A DNA stretch of 64,000 nucleotides from Podarcis filfolensis (Eukaryota). Both the position numbers and the translations under genes were made by a program. This document shows positions 47,111-58,621 of this stretch, piece by piece. The stretch is taken from NCBI GenBank assembly GCA_964270895.1, contig OZ185441.1. One strand, given 5' to 3'. The notes beneath the pieces were generated by a model, which was given only the letters and a program-made list of their open reading frames with translations, ran no database searches and was not told the DNA's origin. The stretch's first letter is position 1. Every line of letters begins with the position of its first letter.

Positions 47111-49540
47111 ATGAAGAGAAGAGGAATCCTTCATGGAGAGAGCTTTCAAACATCAGGAAGGCATATTACCCTTCTGATATTTTCATCTTTGTTCTGTGGA
47201 GCAGTTTTGGAAGAGGTTCACTATTCCATCCCTGAGGAGATGGCAAAGGGATCTTTGGTGGGAAATCTTGCCAAGGATCTAGGATTGAATGCCAGAGACC
47301 TGAAGAACAGAAACCTGCATATCCTTTCTGAAGGTAAAAAGCCATATTTCACTATCAATGCTGAAAATGGAAACCTATATGTGAATGAGAGGATAGATCG
47401 TGAGAGGATGTGTAGAGAGAGCACACACTGCATTATTGATTTTGAAGCTGTGGTCGAAAATCCATTGAATGTTTTCCATGTAACTCTAGCAATCCAAGAC
47501 ATTAATGATAATGCCCCACAATTCTTAGAAGCCAATATTAGACTTGAAATAATTGAATCCACATTGCTAGGTGCCAGATTTCATATTGGGAAAGCTGAAG
47601 ATCCTGATATTGGGATTAATTCTCTCCAAAATTATCAGTTAAGCCTAAATCAGTTCTTTATATTAGAAATTAAGCATAATCTGGATGGCCATAAATCTGC
47701 AGAATTGGTGCTGCAGAAACCTTTGGATCGGGAAAGCGAACACTCCCTTCAGTTGATCCTTACGGCCCTTGATGGAGGTGAACCCAGAAAAACTGGGACT
47801 GCCCAGATATGGATTAACATCACAGATGCCAATGACAACCCACCAGTTTTCACTCAAGAAGTTTATACAGTTAGCCTGAGGGAAAATTCCCCTGCGGGGT
47901 CCCCCATACTCCAAGTAAAAGCCTCTGATAGGGATGAAGGTTCAAATAGTCAGATCAGTTACACATTCAGTAAAGTCCCAGAAAAAGTCTATGAGAAATT
48001 TAGTCTAGATCCACAAAGTGGAATAATTATAATTAAGAAAGCTCTTGATTTTGAGGAAACAGAGAAATACACTATGACAGTTGAAGCAAAAGATGGAGGA
48101 GGTTTAGTGGCTCACTGTAATGTTGAAATAAAGATTCTAGATGAGAATGACAATGCTCCAGAGATCATCGTGGCCTCCTTATCCACCCCAGTATCAGAAA
48201 ACTCTGTTTCTGGAACAATAATTGCTCTCATCAATGTAAAGGATAGGGATTCTGGAGAAAATGGAAGAATTACATGCCATCTACAAAGTAATGTACCATT
48301 TAAAATAGCATCAATATCTAAGAACAACTACAAAATCCTTACAGACAGTCCTTTGGACAGAGAAAAAGCCTCAGGATACAACATCACAATCACGGCCACT
48401 GACAAAGGTAGCCCCCCTCTCTCCTCCAACAAAACCATCTCCCTGCAGATTTCAGACATCAATGACAACCCCCCTGCCTTTGAAAAATCAACCTACAGTG
48501 TCTTTGTACCAGAAAACAATCCCTCAGGTGCCTCCATTTTCTCCATCAAAGCCTTGGACCCAGATCTGGACCGCAACTCACGTATCACTTACTCCATCCT
48601 CAACAGCAACATGGAGGAGCTGCCTCTCTCCTCTTACGTCTCCATCAACTCTGAGACGGGAACTATCTATGCACAGCGCTCCTTTGACTATGAGCAATTC
48701 AGGGAGTTTCAGATCCAAGTGAAGGCCCAAGATGGCGGCTCTCCCTCTCTCAGCAACAACGCCACCGTGTGGGTGTACATTTTGGACCAGAATGATAACA
48801 GCCCCCGCGTTCTGTATCCTGTCCCGGGTGTTGAGGGCTCTGGTTTGTTTGAGATGGTTCCTCACTCGGCAGAGCCAGGCTACCTAGTGACCAAAGTGGT
48901 GGCTGTGGACGCGGACTCTGGGCACAATGCCTGGCTCTCCTACCAAGTGCTGCAGGCCACGGAGCCGGCCCTCTTCACCATTGGGACCCACACAGGAGAG
49001 ATCAGGACGTCACGAGCCCTTCTGGAGAAGGATGCTGTGAAACAGAAGCTGGTGATCTTGGTGAAGGACAATGGGAAGGCTCCGCTCTCAGCTACTGTGG
49101 TCCTCAACCTCGTGGTTGCTGAGAACTTCCAAGAGGCACTTCCAGAAATGACTAGGCAATCCAGTGACACAGAGCATCATTCAGACCTCCAGTTTTACTT
49201 GGTGCTGGCTTTGGCATTGATCTCATTTTTATTCCTCCTGACGGTGATACTGGTCATTGTCATGAAACTTCGACAATCAGGAAATCCCAAATTATTCCAA
49301 TGCTTTGAACCTAATGCTTTTTCTAAGGCGCAGGTCATATTTCCACCAAACTATGAAGAAGGAACTTTACCTTATTCCTACCAACTCTGCCTATCGTCAG
49401 AGATGAGGAAAGAGCAGATCTCTTTCCCGAAATCCCATATCCAGGTGGCAGAAAACTTGCTATGCAATGATAGCTCTCAGGTGGTTCTTGTGGATGGCAA
49501 CTGTGGGGATGCCAGTGCCAAAGAGGAGGTTGGTGAGCAG
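47111..49540 (+). CDS. PCDHGB: Protocadherin gamma-B-like variable exon V9 (810 codons)
   Basis: ATG at 47111. Full domain set. Donor CAG|GTAAGC at 49540/49541, phase 0. Confidence 0.95.
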
Positions 49541-50099
49541 GTAAGCTTTGCTTTCAGAAACAGCCTTACCTTATAGGAATACAACTCATATTTTTATTTC
49601 ATTTTACTATATAAAGGGGTCAGGAAAATGAAATTACAGTGTTAGCAACCGTTGTCCTGATTGTGAAGAACTTTCCCTACACATAGCTTTTAAGTTGCAA
49701 TGCTAGACGCAGCATAAATTCTGAGGTGTGCAATAATGGCAGAGTGAGTCTTCATCTCTGGAATTAAAGGAAATGTAAGCATGCATGCACGGAGTGTTCA
49801 ATCTTCCTGTGGGGTATTAGCGTGTCACCATAAATATATAGTTATTTATACATCCCTCATCAATTAAAAATAAGGATTTGTACTTTTTCACTCACACAAA
49901 GCACAGTTTATTTGTCCTGTTATGATCAACTTAACTGAAGAAAGCATAAAACATGAATGCTTCCTATTTATTTGTAGTATAATTTTGGGCTGTGTGTGGC
50001 TTCTCTGGAGGATTCATAAAAAGTTGTGTGAAATAACAGCAAGCACAGAAAAAGGCATCCCAAATGATTAATGGGTGCAACAACTTCTGTAGGGAAATT

Positions 50100-51183
50100 T
50101 AGTTTAGATAAAATACAAGAATGGAAGTGAGACAGCTGTATCGAATTATGAATGATGTTGAGAAAATGAATAGAAAGATCCCCCTCCCCCATATTACTGG
50201 AGCCTGTGGCCATTGGGTGAAGCTGAACATTGGGAGATTTAGAACAGATAAAAGGAAGACCTTCTTCATACAATGCATAGTTAAACTATGGAATTCCCTG
50301 TTCACAACTAATTGCAACAACAGATCAGTGAAACAATTAGTGTGACTCTTAAGGAACACTTGTATAAGTTTGTTTCTTCATGGTACATGACACTTCTGTG
50401 GCTTCGTCACATTTATCAAACAGGAAATAAATGTGTTGGAAGTACAATTCAACCAATGCTAGGATGCAATATACTTGGGAGGCATGTCCCTAAATTAAGA
50501 ATTTGTGGGCGGACACGATAAGGGAAATTGAAAGAATAAGAGGATACACTTTGCCATTGGATCCTTCCATTGTCTTATATGATTACTTTAAGGATTTAGA
50601 ACAACAGAAGACAGAGAATTACTCCAACAGTTACTGTCTGTGGCCAGAGCAACTATTTGGGGGCAGGGCTAAGAACACTAACTTTAGGGGAATGGATTAC
50701 TACAGCATGGAATATTTTATCAATGGTTCAACTAATTAATACAGTAAGAATCAGAGAGGGGAGGCAGTCTGATAACTTTCTGCGTTTATTTTCATAATTT
50801 ATTGGTACAATGAAGTTCAAGATAATGCAGACCCACATACTTTATTTGGATCTTTGTGAAGGCTATATACTTTATTTGAGTTCATAATAGGAATTTAATT
50901 ATAATTGTATACCCAATACAAATAATTTACCTATTTAAACAAACAAACAATGTAAATCACTATCACAAGATTCAGTGATGGTCACCTACTTGGGTGGTTT
51001 TAAAGGGGGATTAGAAAAAAATCATTGTCATGTTGGCTATATTACGTCCAGTAGCAGACACCTCTGACTGTGGACCAAGGGCAGAGCTTTTGAGGGGCAT
51101 CTGGTTGGCCACAGTGGGAGAAAGGATGCTGGACTCAGTAGAGCTCTGGCCTGATCCAGCAGGGCACTTCTTACGTTTTTATG
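50100..51183 (+). mobile_element. Second copy of the CR1 fragment with nested L1-like insert (50301-50948)
   Basis: Paralogous to 43945-45075. Confidence 0.8.
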
Positions 51184-51489
51184 AATAGAATTGTGTGCAG
51201 TGTTTCTGTGTGATAGACTAGCAGATGAAAAACTAGAAGCATGTTGAAAATTAGGCAGCACTCTGGTTGTGATCACTTGGAAATGTCAATTCCGTTCAGT
51301 GGGGTTCCAGTTTCAAGGGGATATATGGCAGGCAAAAATATTTTCTAAAAAAAAAATATTTTCTAAAATTATTTTCTAATAAGACCTCTATCATATACTC
51401 TTTCAATTAGACACAACTGATTTCTTCTAACACCTCTTGTCTCTCCACTGTTCTCGGTTCCCAAACTTCATGATGCTATTATCATAATA

Positions 51490-51831
51490 ATAATTTTTTA
51501 TTAATAATAATAATTTACTATTTGTACCCCGCCCATCTGGCTGGGTTTCCCCAGCCACTCTGGGCGGCTTCCACAGAAACCAAAAATACACTAAAATCAC
51601 ACATTAAAAACTTCCCTGAACAGGGCTGCCTTAAGATGTCTTCTGAATGTCAGGTAGTTGTTTATCGCTTTGACATCTGATGGGAGGGTGTTCCACAGGG
51701 CGGGCACCGAGAAGGCCCTCTGCCTGGTTCCCTGTAGCTTTGCTTCTCGCAATGAGGGAACCACCAGAAGGCCCTCGGTGCTGGATCGCAGTGTCCGGGC
51801 TGAACGATGGAGGTGGAGACCCTCCTTCAGG
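51490..51831 (-). mobile_element. 5'-truncated L2-clade LINE 3' end
   Basis: AAT-rich tail at the left end, terminal stem-loop ccgccca-tc-tggctggg-tttc-cccagcca-ctc-tgggcgg, 10-bp TSD TATCATAATA (51480-51489, 51832-51841); empty site at about 63195-63204. Confidence 0.85.
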
Positions 51832-51903
51832 TATCATAATATGAAATCATGTGTAAAGTGCCAACAAACATTTTATCCTGTTGGATCATGCCTAGCTTGC
51901 GTC

Positions 51904-52070
51904 AAGGTGTTCCGTTGTGCCAAAAGCGGTATAGTCATGCTGGCCACATGACCCGGAAAGCTGTCTGTGGACAAATGCCGGCTCCCTCAGCCTGAAAGAG
52001 AGATGAGCGCTGCCACCCCATAGTCGTCTTTGACTGAACTTAACTATCCAGGGCTCCTTTACCCTTTTTT
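51904..52070 (+). mobile_element. 5'-truncated Sauria SINE (older subtype)
   Basis: agtcatgctggccacatgacccggaaagctg...gagatgagcgctgccacccc...cctttacc, homologous to the 3' half of 39023-39380. Confidence 0.85.
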
Positions 52071-52809
52071 ACTGCTGGTAGAGCAACTACAGCCATTGGT
52101 CCTGCACTTGTGCTGTGTTCCTGCTTTGATCACAGGGAACAACTGCTAAGCAAGGACATTTGTGTGGCACCAGCAGGTAGGAGGCAGGTGGCAGAGTCTG
52201 ATGTAGAACCAATACCAGCGAACACACTTTTATCACCTAGTGCAGTCTAGACAGAAGCTACATGTGTTGCATCTTATCTTACCCTCAACAGACAGAGAGA
52301 GAACTCTTGGAATAGTAAGTTACTCTTGGAATTCCTACCCAACATTGAAAAGAACTTGTGCTCTGTTCCATAAATGTTGATAGACATCCAACAACATAGA
52401 AGAGATAAAAAAGAGAATAATTTCAGTAGGTTGTTTATATTAATTCTATTTAAGAAAAAAATACAATAGACTTACAGCTCTTGTGCTACTACAGCATAAC
52501 TATTATCGTAATACATTAATTTTAAGAAAATGTTTTAATATGTAACTGGATATTTATATATTAATGTTTACATATTTCCAATAAAAAAGAAGATGTGAAT
52601 AACCTTAATGTAATTGCAGTATTAGATACGACCCCAATTTTCACAGTACTGAAGAGCCACGGACATAAATGAGGTTAGCTGTACACTAAGAAAGAACACC
52701 AAGGAAAAGCCTTCTCAAATGCTCCACTCAGTGAGCAGAAAGGAAGGTATAGTATGTGCTGGAGAAATATCTGCATTTATTCACCTCTGTCTATTTTCAT
52801 AGAACAAAA

Positions 52810-52851
52810 TGCAGTTCCTTGAGTGGTCCTCTAAGTGTCAGTGTTGGCCAG
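52810..52851 (+). promoter_or_regulatory. CSE / CTCF site of V10 (divergent CAGT core)
   Basis: tgcagttccttgagtggtcctctaagtgtcagtgttggccag; core 52839-52842; the most degenerate of the ten. Confidence 0.75.
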
Positions 52852-53122
52852 TATGAGAGCCAGAGAGAGGATAGAGATCCAGTGATGCTTCCTGGACTGC
52901 AGTAACTCCCATCACTGTTGTTCAGATCAGACCAACTGAAGAGCACAGAGACAGGGAACTCTTGCAGAGAAGGAAAAATCTCTTTTGCTTTGCACACATA
53001 TGAGAACAAGGACAGTTTATTCTTCTTCAGTGATACCTCATGTTGTTTCCTTCATCACTGTGAGAGCTTGAGCATAGGAAACTGAGAAAAGGAAGCAGCC
53101 TGTTTTTGAGAGAACCAGCCAG

Positions 53123-55543
53123 ATGGAGAGAAGGCACCCAGGGAATGGCAGGGCGCTCACAAGGCAAGTACTGCTTCTCTCTCTATTGTCTTTTACCTGT
53201 TGGGCTGCATCAGAGCAGATTCATTATTCAACCCCTGAGGAGATGGCAAAGGGTTCCGTTGTGGGGAACCTCGCCAAGGACCTGGGACTGAGCACCAAAG
53301 AACTAAAACATCGCAATCTGCACACTGTGTCTGTGGCTAAAATGCAGCATTTCAGTATCAATGCAGAGAATGGAAACCTCTATGTAAATGACAGGATTGA
53401 TAGGGAGGGGATATGTGGCAAAAATCCAAATTGCTTTGTTAATTTTGAAGTTGTGGTGGAAAACCCTTTGAATATTTTTCATGTACTAGTGGAAATACAG
53501 GATGTTAATGATAATGCACCCCAATTCCTCAATGATAATATCAGCTTGCAGACAGGTGAGCAAACTTTGCCAGGCACTCGATTTCTCCTTGGGAAAGCAG
53601 AAGATCCTGACATTGGGATGAACTCTCTCCAGGATTACCAGCTGAGCTCCAATCAGTACTTCAGTTTGGAAATTAGAGAGAGAAAGGATGGAAATAAATA
53701 TGCAGAACTGGTGCTACAGAACCCTCTTGATCGAGAACGTGAACAAACCCTTCACTTGGTTCTTACCGCTATGGATGGGGGTGAGCCTAGGAAAACTGGG
53801 ACGGCCCAGATACAGATTAATGTCACAGATGCCAATGACAACCCACCTGTTTTCAGTCAAGAGGTATACAAGGTCAGTTTATCTGAAAATGTTCCTGTTG
53901 GGTCACTTGTGCTCCAGGTTGCAGCCTCTGATAAAGATGAAGGTTTATATGCCCAAATCGGGTATCATTTTAGCAACATACCAGCAACTGCCGAACTGAA
54001 ATTCAAGCTGGATCCCATCAGCGGCCAAATCACACTACTGGAGCAACTGGATTTTGAGGACAATGATGAATATACGATGACAGTTGCTGCAAAAGATGGA
54101 GGTGGGTTGATGACACATTCTAACATTGAGCTAAGGGTTCATGATGAGAATGATAATGCCCCGGATGTGACCTTAGCCTCCATGTTCAGCCCTGTTCCTG
54201 AAGATTCTCTGCCAGGGACAGTTATTGCTCTGATCAATGTAAATGACAGAGATAGTGGAGATAATGGGAAGGTCACTTGCTATTTACAGGATGATTTACC
54301 CTTCAAAATTCTTCCCTCATCTAACAATTACTTCAAGCTCCAGACAGACAGTCTCCTGGACAGAGAAATAGCTCCTGCATATAATATTACAATCACAGCC
54401 ACTGATAAAGGAACTCCACCTCTTTCCACACACAAAACAATCTCACTACAGATCTCAGATATCAATGATAATGCCCCTGCTTTTCAGAGATCAACCTACA
54501 GCATCTATGTGCCAGAAAACAATCCTTCAGGTGCCTCCATTTTCACCATCAAAGCCTCTGATTCCGATGTGGACCAGAACTCACGGATCACATACTCCAT
54601 CCTCAACAGCAACATTGAGGAGCTTCCCATCTCCTCCTATATCTCCATTAATTCAGAGACTGGCACCATCTATGCCCAGAGATCCTTTGACTATGAACAA
54701 TTCAGAGAGTTCCGGCTGCAAGTGAAGGCCCAAGATGGGGGTTCTCCCCCTCTCAGCAGCAATGTGAGCGTCAGGGTGTTTGTTCTTGACAGGAATGATA
54801 ACAGCCCTCGTATCCTGTCCCCCTCACAAGAAGCCAAGGGCTCAGCCTTGTTTGAGATGGTGCCTCGTTCGGCAGAGGCAGATTATCTTGTCACCAAGGT
54901 GGTGGCCGTGGATGCAGATTCTGGACACAACGCCTGGCTCTCCTACCACCTGACTCAGGCCACTGAGCCGGCACTCTTCACGGTTGGTTCTCATACTGGA
55001 GAGATCAGGACAGCCAGGGCCTTTGTGGAGAGAGACGCTGTGAAACAGAGACTGGTCATTATGGTGAAGGATAACGGGCAGCCGTCTCTCTCGGCCACCA
55101 TGACTCTGAACCTGGTGTTTGCTGAGAACTTTCAGGAGGCCCTTCCAGAAATGAAGAGCCAACCCAGCAGCTCGGAGTATCAGTCTGACCTGCAGTTCTA
55201 CTTGGTGCTGGCCTTAGCTGTGATCTCCTTCTTGTTCCTCTTGACTGTGATTCTGGCCGTTACAATGAAGCTCCGTCAGTCAGGGCATCCCAGGTTCCTA
55301 CAGTGCTTTGGTCCTGTTCCCCATTCCAAGAATGGTGCCATCTTCCCACCCAACTTTGAAGATGGGACTTTGCCCTATTCCTACCAGCTGTGCCTGTCTT
55401 CTGAGTCCAGGAAGAATGAGTTTACCTTCCTGACACCAAATATACAGATTGCAGAGAATATTCTTAGCAGTGAGAAACCTGCTGTGCCTTTTACAGGCAA
55501 TGTAGGAAACAATTTTGATTCTGCAGTAGATAATGGAGAACAG
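53123..55543 (+). CDS. PCDHGB: Protocadherin gamma-B-like variable exon V10 (807 codons; own EC1-EC3, V7-type EC4 to donor)
   Basis: Full domain set. Donor CAG|GTAAGG at 55543/55544, phase 0. Confidence 0.95.
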
Positions 55544-58341
55544 GTAAGGTTTGTTTTCTGAAATTAAATGCCATTATCCATCATTCTTTGCCATTAGTGA
55601 CATTGTCACAGTGCTTTTTATCCAGCTAATGTGACTGCCTTTTTGTTTTTCATCATATAAATGAATAGTTTGGCTCTTACATCATTTGGCTTTCATGAAT
55701 CAGGATGCGTCCTTTTCACTCCATGGGGAAGCTACACATCCATACGGAAGCTTCGAGCCATGCCCTTGAAACCATCTGGTAGAACTTATCTTGTTGTCAT
55801 TTGAACAACTAGTATTTTGAGGAGTTGACCTTCAACTACTTTCATTAACTTAAATAAAGTGAGGGAAAGAACTTTGTTTTTCACATTACTTGGCTTTCGG
55901 GGGCAGCAATTTTGGCTTTAGAATCAAAGGAGGGCACCTTGCTGTATAGCAGAAAATACTATCACTGTTATTAGTATTACTAGCAAAAAATTTTAAGCAA
56001 TAGATTTTAAAGACATACACTTTTGAGAGGTTTCTGTAAATTATGCTTTATTTCCTTCTCCATTTTACATTGCCTGTAAAATTAATAGGCATGTGTGTTC
56101 TTGCATGAGTGATGTAAAAAAACGTCAAGTCAAGACTGACTGATTGACTGGCCTTCTAGAGTAGATTGTGGATATTTCCAGCCCCCATATTCCTTTAAGT
56201 GAAACCACATTGCATTAAAGCTCTTTATAAACAACTGTCTGAAAGGCGGACAGATAATGTGGGATATTTTGTTAAAGACATGCATCGTGCATTTATTTAT
56301 TTTTAAAATTTATTTAAAACAAAAATGAAACAACTACATACAGCCAGAGAGTTATCTTCAAATACTCCACAGAGCTTTGCTAAAGTGTATATTCTAAAAT
56401 CATTTCAATCTTAACAAAAGCAAAATGGTACGTAATAACCTCCATCTCTTTGACTGTTGTCCACAACTACAAACATATATTGTATCAGCAGCAGTGCTGG
56501 TCTGCAGGAATTATACAAAGGCAAGGAGGAAGGAGGAAAAATAAAATAAAATATGTGCTTCATGCACACCAAACTGTCCTAGGCCAAGGCACATAGCTGT
56601 CAACGTTTCCCTTTTTTCAAGAGAAATTCCCTTATTCCAAATAGGATTCCTCGCAAGCAAAGGGGAAAGTTGACAGCTATGCCAAGGCACCGTTCTGCCA
56701 CAGGCCTCATTGTTTGTATAATCTATAAAGTCATCCAAGACTGCATAAAAGTTATCATATTTCCCCTGGCCTCTTGCTGTCTTCAATTTCCATGTCAGTT
56801 TTTTCAATAATGCTACCTGCCAGATTGCACTGCCTGCGTCATGTATGTCTGCCTCATGATTTAGACAATAATAATGATAGTTACCGTGTATATAATATTT
56901 ATATGTTTCAAAGGGCATTGCATATAATGGGTCAGATTCAGAATTAGTTATCCTTGGACCAAGTTAGTCAAGCAAGACTAATTTAAGTCAATTTTATTTA
57001 AGTCGGGCTACTTTAAGTATGATGAAGTCTGGATTTGACACATTATCTTATAATTCTTATATAAGTGAGTTCCTGTCAGAGGCAAAATTCATACCATGAA
57101 ATTCCTGGTTCACAGTTTTGTTCTTTACATGAGACCAGCTCAATATACATGAAGCATGTTGAATTCTTGAACTGCTCTACCAACATGTTAGCTATGCTGC
57201 TTACATGACATGAATGCATGAATCGATGGATAACTGTATTTCTGATCATAGTATTGTGGGATATCTTAGCACGTACTTGAGTTACGTAAGCATGCAATGA
57301 ACCACCCCCTCCAACTCCCTGCTGGGCTCATGGCCAGTAGGGCAGATGTGAGGATGGAGGAGTGTTCTTGCCAGGGTTGGTGCTAGCTGTTGGAAGGAAT
57401 TAGGGGACAGGACCATGACTGACAATTGCAGTGTGCTCAGCTACCACGTAAACATAGAAAAAGAAGTTTAAAAATGGAGGGGAAAGCTCAGAACATTTGA
57501 GGTCCAGCATATAACACCCAGGGCTTATTTATGTAGTTTTGTTCCTTGATTAAATGAAGTTGCATTAATAGCTGGAGACAATATGTAGCTTCCTAAAATA
57601 CTGAAAGGACTGTAGAGATTTCTGAGTAGCTTTCTGGTTGTCCTGTCCCACCCCAACTCCCCGCCGGCAAAATAGGGGTCTCCATATTGTTTGCATATGT
57701 AGAGGGGATGACCCATATCTGTGATATTGTGAAGTAGCTGGGGTGTTGTGTAAGGTCAAAAGCACACACCACAAAGTAAATGAAATCAGCAAAGTGTCTA
57801 TTGTAACTGGACAAAAGGGCAGGTGGGGGAAATGGCAAAGGTAAATAATGACAAAGTACATCTGTTGAAGGAGAAAGCTATACAAACAGACCAGAAATCG
57901 TGTGGGCATAAGGTGACAGAATAGGACTTGAGATGTGGCACTATTTTCAGTGAAATTATGTAAGGATAAACACAATTTTCAGACACGTCCTTAGGCTTCC
58001 CACACACAGTTTAAGATGCCTGTAAATACCTAATACAATATTTTTCTAATTTATTTAAAAGTCTTTTATTATAAACAACAATATCATTCCCATACTGCAG
58101 TCTGCTATTCTGATTTTTTCTAAAGAAATAGTGGAAATAGTGCTATAAATTCATCACTGCTTTTTCTTTGCTGTAAATATTAATTTGAAGCTGATTCCTT
58201 TTAACCTATTGTAATGGTGAACAGATAACACTTTCCAACAGGCATATTCAAATAACCTGTATGAGAATATGGTCTGAGTCATTACTTAAAAATGACTATG
58301 TAATGTAATGAATTAGGGAAGAAAAATCACTGGGAAAAGAT

Positions 58342-58383
58342 TGCAGTTCTCGGCTTCAGACTCACAGTGTCACTGTTGGACAA
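58342..58383 (+). promoter_or_regulatory. CSE / CTCF site of V11 (CACT core)
   Basis: tgcagttctcggcttcagactcacagtgtcactgttggacaa; core 58371-58374. Confidence 0.85.
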
Positions 58384-58621
58384 GGCGGCAATCCAAGGGC
58401 AGCTGAAGTTCCACTGATGCTTTCTGCAGAGAGATCTCTTTGTCCCAAACTGCACATCGGGAAAACCAGCAGACGCTGCAAATACGTTTCAGCTGGAAAA
58501 CAAGAAAACACTGCAGCATATACAAATTAAGCCAAAGGATCCAGTTCTTTGTTTACTGGGGGGAAACCCTCCTGTCTTGGTGGAAATCTGAAATACTGTG
58601 CTCATCAAAGAGAAGAGGAAA

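Larger units (their letters stand above)
45122..52624 (+). repeat. Segmental duplication copy 2 (3' part of spacer X + V9 + spacer Y); paralogous to 56639-64000 and 38639-45124
   Basis: From 45122 the sequence matches 38639 and 56639 (aaataggattcctcgcaagc); 52594-52624 matches the last bases of the window. Confidence 0.92.

Noticed and set aside
51528-51570. Strong GC hairpin resembling a terminator or pre-miRNA
   Set aside because: It lies in the 3' end of the L2 fragment and is best explained as the LINE 3' stem-loop.
38511-58007. Repeated small spacer ORFs (e.g. MCLSLHNF..., MTQVPAKI..., MPFETYK...)
   Set aside because: Conserved only through recent segmental duplication; low-information composition and variable starts/stops between copies.
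11604-58600. GTG starts at 11604, 35100, 40970, 47087 and 58598
   Set aside because: Artefact of a prokaryote-style ORF caller; the first in-frame ATGs align with paralog starts.
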